Position numbers and translations under genes: made by a program
Source of the DNA: Nocardioidaceae bacterium
Lineage (GTDB): Bacteria; Actinomycetota; Actinomycetes; Propionibacteriales; Nocardioidaceae
Assembly: GCA_013361955.1 (NCBI GenBank)
Contig: JABFXA010000207.1
Coordinates: 1,942 to 65,941 of the forward strand
Direction of reading: 5' to 3'
Length of the DNA stretch: 64,000 nucleotides
Notes under the pieces: model-generated
Database searches by the model: none
Seen by the model: the letters and a program-made list of their open reading frames with translations, nothing else
What the model was told of the DNA's origin: nothing
Shown here: one piece after another, positions 61,601-64,000 of the stretch
Layout of the letters: each line of letters opens with the position of its first letter
Position numbering within the stretch: position 1 is the stretch's first letter

Positions 61601-64000
61601 GCTTCCTCAACAGTTCGAGGGCGTCGGGGTGTGCCTCCTTGAACGTGGTGAACGCCGCTTGCTCGGCCAGCGTGAGCGTCTCCAGCGCAACTCCGCGGTC
61701 GACGATGTCGCGCAGTGAGGGGCGCTGGGCGGTCAGCACCTGCTGGGTCATCTGCCTGATCACGTCGCGGTAGTGGTTCAGCGCGATCCCAGCAGCCGTC
61801 CGGGCGGCGTCGTCTCGGCTGTCGGTGAAGACGATGGTGCGCGACTCGCTGGCCTTGTCGCCGAGGCTCCGCACCAGTTGCGAGAGGTAGAGCTGGGTGG
61901 ACTGTGCGGCGCCGGAGGTGTGCGCTCGGATGGGGCTGCGGACCGTGCCGGCGAAGAACTTCTCGCCCGGGTTGTACCCGCGTGAGTCGCACCGGGGGCA
62001 CCGGTCGGGCAGCGCCGGTATCCGCTGCCGCTCCCCCAGGTCGGCCTCGACCTTCATGACCCAGCCGTCGAGGGTGTCCCCGGCGGCAGTGACCAGGCCG
62101 GTGCCGTGGTCCAGGCTGGCTGGGGCGAAGGCGAAGGAGGCCTCCTTCTTGCTGCCCGGGACCTTCTTCGCCCAGGAGGGGTCCGGCTGGACGGGCTTCT
62201 GTCCGGGCCAGAACCAGACGAACTCGTCGTGGGAGCGTCGGAAGATCGGGGCGATGTCCGAGGCGACCTCGCCGACGTTCGCCGATGCGATGACGACGCC
62301 GTCGGGCTCGCCGTGCTCGACCGAGGTCCGCTCGACGACGTGACCCCCGAGGCTGATGTCGCCGCAGGAGAAGCAGTAGAGGAGCTCGAGGACCCTGGCG
62401 CCGCAGTCCGAGCAGCTGAGGGTCGGGATCCCGTAGAGCTTGCCGACCCGGCGGCCTTCGCGTGCGTCTTCGGCGACACCTGAGCACTGCGGATCGCAGC
62501 AGGCCCACATCCCGCGCATGGTCCGGACGAACTGGTGTGCCCGCAGGGGGATGGTGCCGCTGAGGTCTGACGCTCCCGCCAGCGAGGTGAGCGCAGCCGC
62601 CAGGCCCTGCAGGCCGTCATCGGGGGCTCCGAACAGCCGTTCTGCGATCAGCGAGGACTCGGTGGCCCGGACGCGACCGGACTCGGGATCGACGCAGGCA
62701 GCGGCGATCTGCTCGGAGACGATGCTCGCCGCGGGCGCGGTCCCTACGAGCAGGGCGGCCCGGTCGAGCCCGGAGAGCGGCGTAATCGCCCGCGGGGCTC
62801 CCGCAGTGACGTGGAAGGACGAGCCGTCCAGCCCGAAGAACTGCTCGAGGAAGTCCCGGCCGCCGCTCTCACCGGACAGCGATGCACTAGTGGCGATGCA
62901 CCGCAGCTGCGGGGAGTCCGGGGCCAGCCCGAGCCGGTTGAGCAGGTTCCGGACGACCATCGCCACCTCGCTGCCCTGGGTTCCCCGGTACAGGTGCAGC
63001 TCATCGACGATGAGGGTGAAGACGTGGTCCGCCGAGGCGTCCAGCCACGCCCGGGTCTGGCTGAACAGCGGGTCCTCGAACGCGCGCATCAGCATCGCGT
63101 TCAGCATCGAGTAGTTCGTCACCAGGACGTCCGGCGGCGTCTCCACCATGTCCCAGCGGACCAGCATCTCGTGGGCTCGCGGGTCGGGGAACTGCGCCAG
63201 GTCGCCCTCGCTGACGCTCGCGTCGACGAGGCGCCGGAACTCGGATGTCTGCTCCTCCAGGTTCGCCACCAGCTCGGCGAAGCCGTTGCCGCGGCCGTCG
63301 GCGGGGCGCCGCGAGGTTCCGAGGGTGACGCCGGTGTAGCGACCGAACCAGAGTGGCTGACCCGGCAGCGCCGCGCCGATCCGCCGGGCCGCCCGACGGA
63401 GCCTGGTCATCTGGTCCTCGACGAGCGCGTTGGTCGGGTAGAGGATCATCGACCGAACGGCCGGCATCCGCGTCTCCGGCTTGCGGATCGGGCGCCATCG
63501 ACGCGGGTGGGGCTTGTCGTTCCACCACAGGTCGGGCGGCGGTTGGGCGGACCAGGTCCTGGCCTCTTCGACCAGCCGGAGCAGCATCGGCAGCAGGAAG
63601 CTCTCGGTCTTGCCGGAGCCGGTTCCGGAGGTGACCACAACGTTGCGCCCGGCTTGTGTGCCGCCGCGGAAGTGGCAAGCGACCGCCTCGGCCTGGTGGG
63701 CACGGAGCCTCACGGGGTGGTCTGGGTCGGTGAAGTCCCCGAAGAGCGCGCGGCCGACGATCTCGGCCGACTCCGCTGAGACTCCCGCGGCAGCGGCCGT
63801 GGCCAGCAGGTCGACGGTCGCGTCATAGGGCAGCACCGGCTCGAGCAGGCACTCGCTGCGCAGGTTGCCGTCGGCTCGCAGCAGTCCGCGCCGTTCGTCC
63901 GACAGCCTGGTGTCCCGCAGCCAGTACTGGGTGTCGATGTAGCGGAGATAGGCCGAGGCGAGGTCGTCGCGCAGCGTCAGGGGCGTCAGGGGCGTGGTCT
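58668..64000 (-). CDS. very large SF2 DEAD/DEAH helicase with DUF1998-type C-terminus (DruE/YprA-like); start lies beyond the window
   Basis: RAHQ, SGTGSGKTESF, YPTNAL, TNYSML, DELH, SAS, VFTDSR, TTTMEVGVDIG, QQRVGRAGR, CNSSCLDCLRSYDN; frame stays open to 64000 (LRDDLASAYLRYIDTQYWLRD). Confidence 0.92.
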   Translation of the reverse strand, partial: TTPLTPLTLRDDLASAYLRYIDTQYWLRDTRLSDERRGLLRADGNLRSECLLEPVLPYDATVDLLATAAAAGVSAESAEIVGRALFGDFTDPDHPVRLRAHQAEAVACHFRGGTQAGRNVVVTSGTGSGKTESFLLPMLLRLVEEARTWSAQPPPDLWWNDKPHPRRWRPIRKPETRMPAVRSMILYPTNALVEDQMTRLRRAARRIGAALPGQPLWFGRYTGVTLGTSRRPADGRGNGFAELVANLEEQTSEFRRLVDASVSEGDLAQFPDPRAHEMLVRWDMVETPPDVLVTNYSMLNAMLMRAFEDPLFSQTRAWLDASADHVFTLIVDELHLYRGTQGSEVAMVVRNLLNRLGLAPDSPQLRCIATSASLSGESGGRDFLEQFFGLDGSSFHVTAGAPRAITPLSGLDRAALLVGTAPAASIVSEQIAAACVDPESGRVRATESSLIAERLFGAPDDGLQGLAAALTSLAGASDLSGTIPLRAHQFVRTMRGMWACCDPQCSGVAEDAREGRRVGKLYGIPTLSCSDCGARVLELLYCFSCGDISLGGHVVERTSVEHGEPDGVVIASANVGEVASDIAPIFRRSHDEFVWFWPGQKPVQPDPSWAKKVPGSKKEASFAFAPASLDHGTGLVTAAGDTLDGWVMKVEADLGERQRIPALPDRCPRCDSRGYNPGEKFFAGTVRSPIRAHTSGAAQSTQLYLSQLVRSLGDKASESRTIVFTDSRDDAARTAAGIALNHYRDVIRQMTQQVLTAQRPSLRDIVDRGVALETLTLAEQAAFTTFKEAHPDALELLRKQAYVPLDDTEQEAVEAAFVADEEVRIGWPELRHEICDRLVRLGIPPGGTGPSAAVNQDASPWWKAFAPPAPDLWMPLPLGGPRETQAAMQAEKLVQALAGGLFGRAGRDLESVGIAYFAAPPASSGIVHDPTVRDQILAAVIRILGIRNRWAGTDAKPSTNVPRSVAGYLKTIAEVHGLDLGDVTDDVKRLLKSTGIASDWLLDLASLSSPLTLVPLGTERWRCDVCGFMHGHAAAGVCANVGCNRPALVKVDADATDDEGDYYGWLSRQQPRRLAAAELTGQTKPLSEQRRRARVFKEVLLPAPAENALTVPLDVLSVTTTMEVGVDIGSLRSTVMANMPPQRFNYQQRVGRAGRSGQIFSYAVTVCRDRSHDDDYFRAPRRMTGDDPPQPFLDLNRVSIVRRVVAAEALRLAFQSLGEPPEWTANSIHGVFGPSSGWPDRRAEIATALASPALGQVVERFCAFTGLEPAAVTAIRDWLATGGLVADIDAAVARDSGLTDELSELLATYGVLPMFGFPTRVRRLVRKRPSKLEDLDGVTVSDRPLSQAGSRCAPGAKIVRDGAVHTVAGFADWTPDYKGMKPVDPLGPEILIGLCDECGACIVDAVEPVCSICLSGLRIVPMHQPRGFRTTYQEVDYDGDEDQSANAGSQTISVDGDPDTDATVRGARLSSYGQARLVQVNDNNGRLFDIGQDYGSWLAADPELFADLKAWPPNSLVGSRQIAIGELRTTDALTVGLNGAHAPGGLVPYSPEKVPAGLAAYRSLAEVLRRGAKQLLDIDPQELVFGLHPQGDGSMQVFLADALDNGAGYAAEIGAEHNFERMLSDTRLSLRDRWSEKAHADCNSSCLDCLRSYDNSRLHGLLDWRLALDMLDLLADEPLALARWMELGQRAAEGIAATGLISLKAGATTDGISYLHNTGTGKSVLVGHPLWWRSEDRAVEEQITALDELAGMSSSVAQSDVFEALRRPIGLIRRLA

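Larger units (their letters stand above)
55409..64000. mobile_element. one end of a tRNA-Pro-integrated genomic island, continuing past the window
   Basis: tRNA 3' fragment, internal direct repeats, nuclease/helicase cargo; integrase and intact tRNA expected beyond 64000 but not seen. Confidence 0.7.

Overview
High-GC actinobacterial DNA (Nocardioides-like by gene content and style; inference). Most of it is an accessory or 'patchwork' region of single-gene units: GNATs, SAM methyltransferases, phosphotransferases, two ECF42-type sigma/DGPF(YciI) pairs, two PP2C phosphatases, an MFS exporter, phospholipase D, idi, a GH3 hexosaminidase, ppk2, a short MetE-like methionine synthase, an aquaporin, a GH15 hydrolase, and two large secreted Ig/FN3-repeat proteins. 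Many genes are frameshifted or reduced to fragments. At 55409-55452 (minus strand) lies the 3' part of a tRNA-Pro(GGG), starting exactly at the anticodon loop. This reads as the att boundary of an integrated element extending past the right edge. Inside that boundary are three co-oriented nucleic-acid-processing genes: a >1776-aa SF2 helicase with a DUF1998-type Cys cluster (DruE/YprA-like), a translationally coupled 4-Cys PD-(D/E)XK (Cas4/RecB-like) nuclease, and a NERD nuclease fused to an SF1 helicase. This is the best candidate here for an undescribed anti-phage or DNA-processing system. No CRISPR array, rRNA, intact tRNA, integrase or transposase is seen in the window. All family calls come from motif recognition; no database searches were run.
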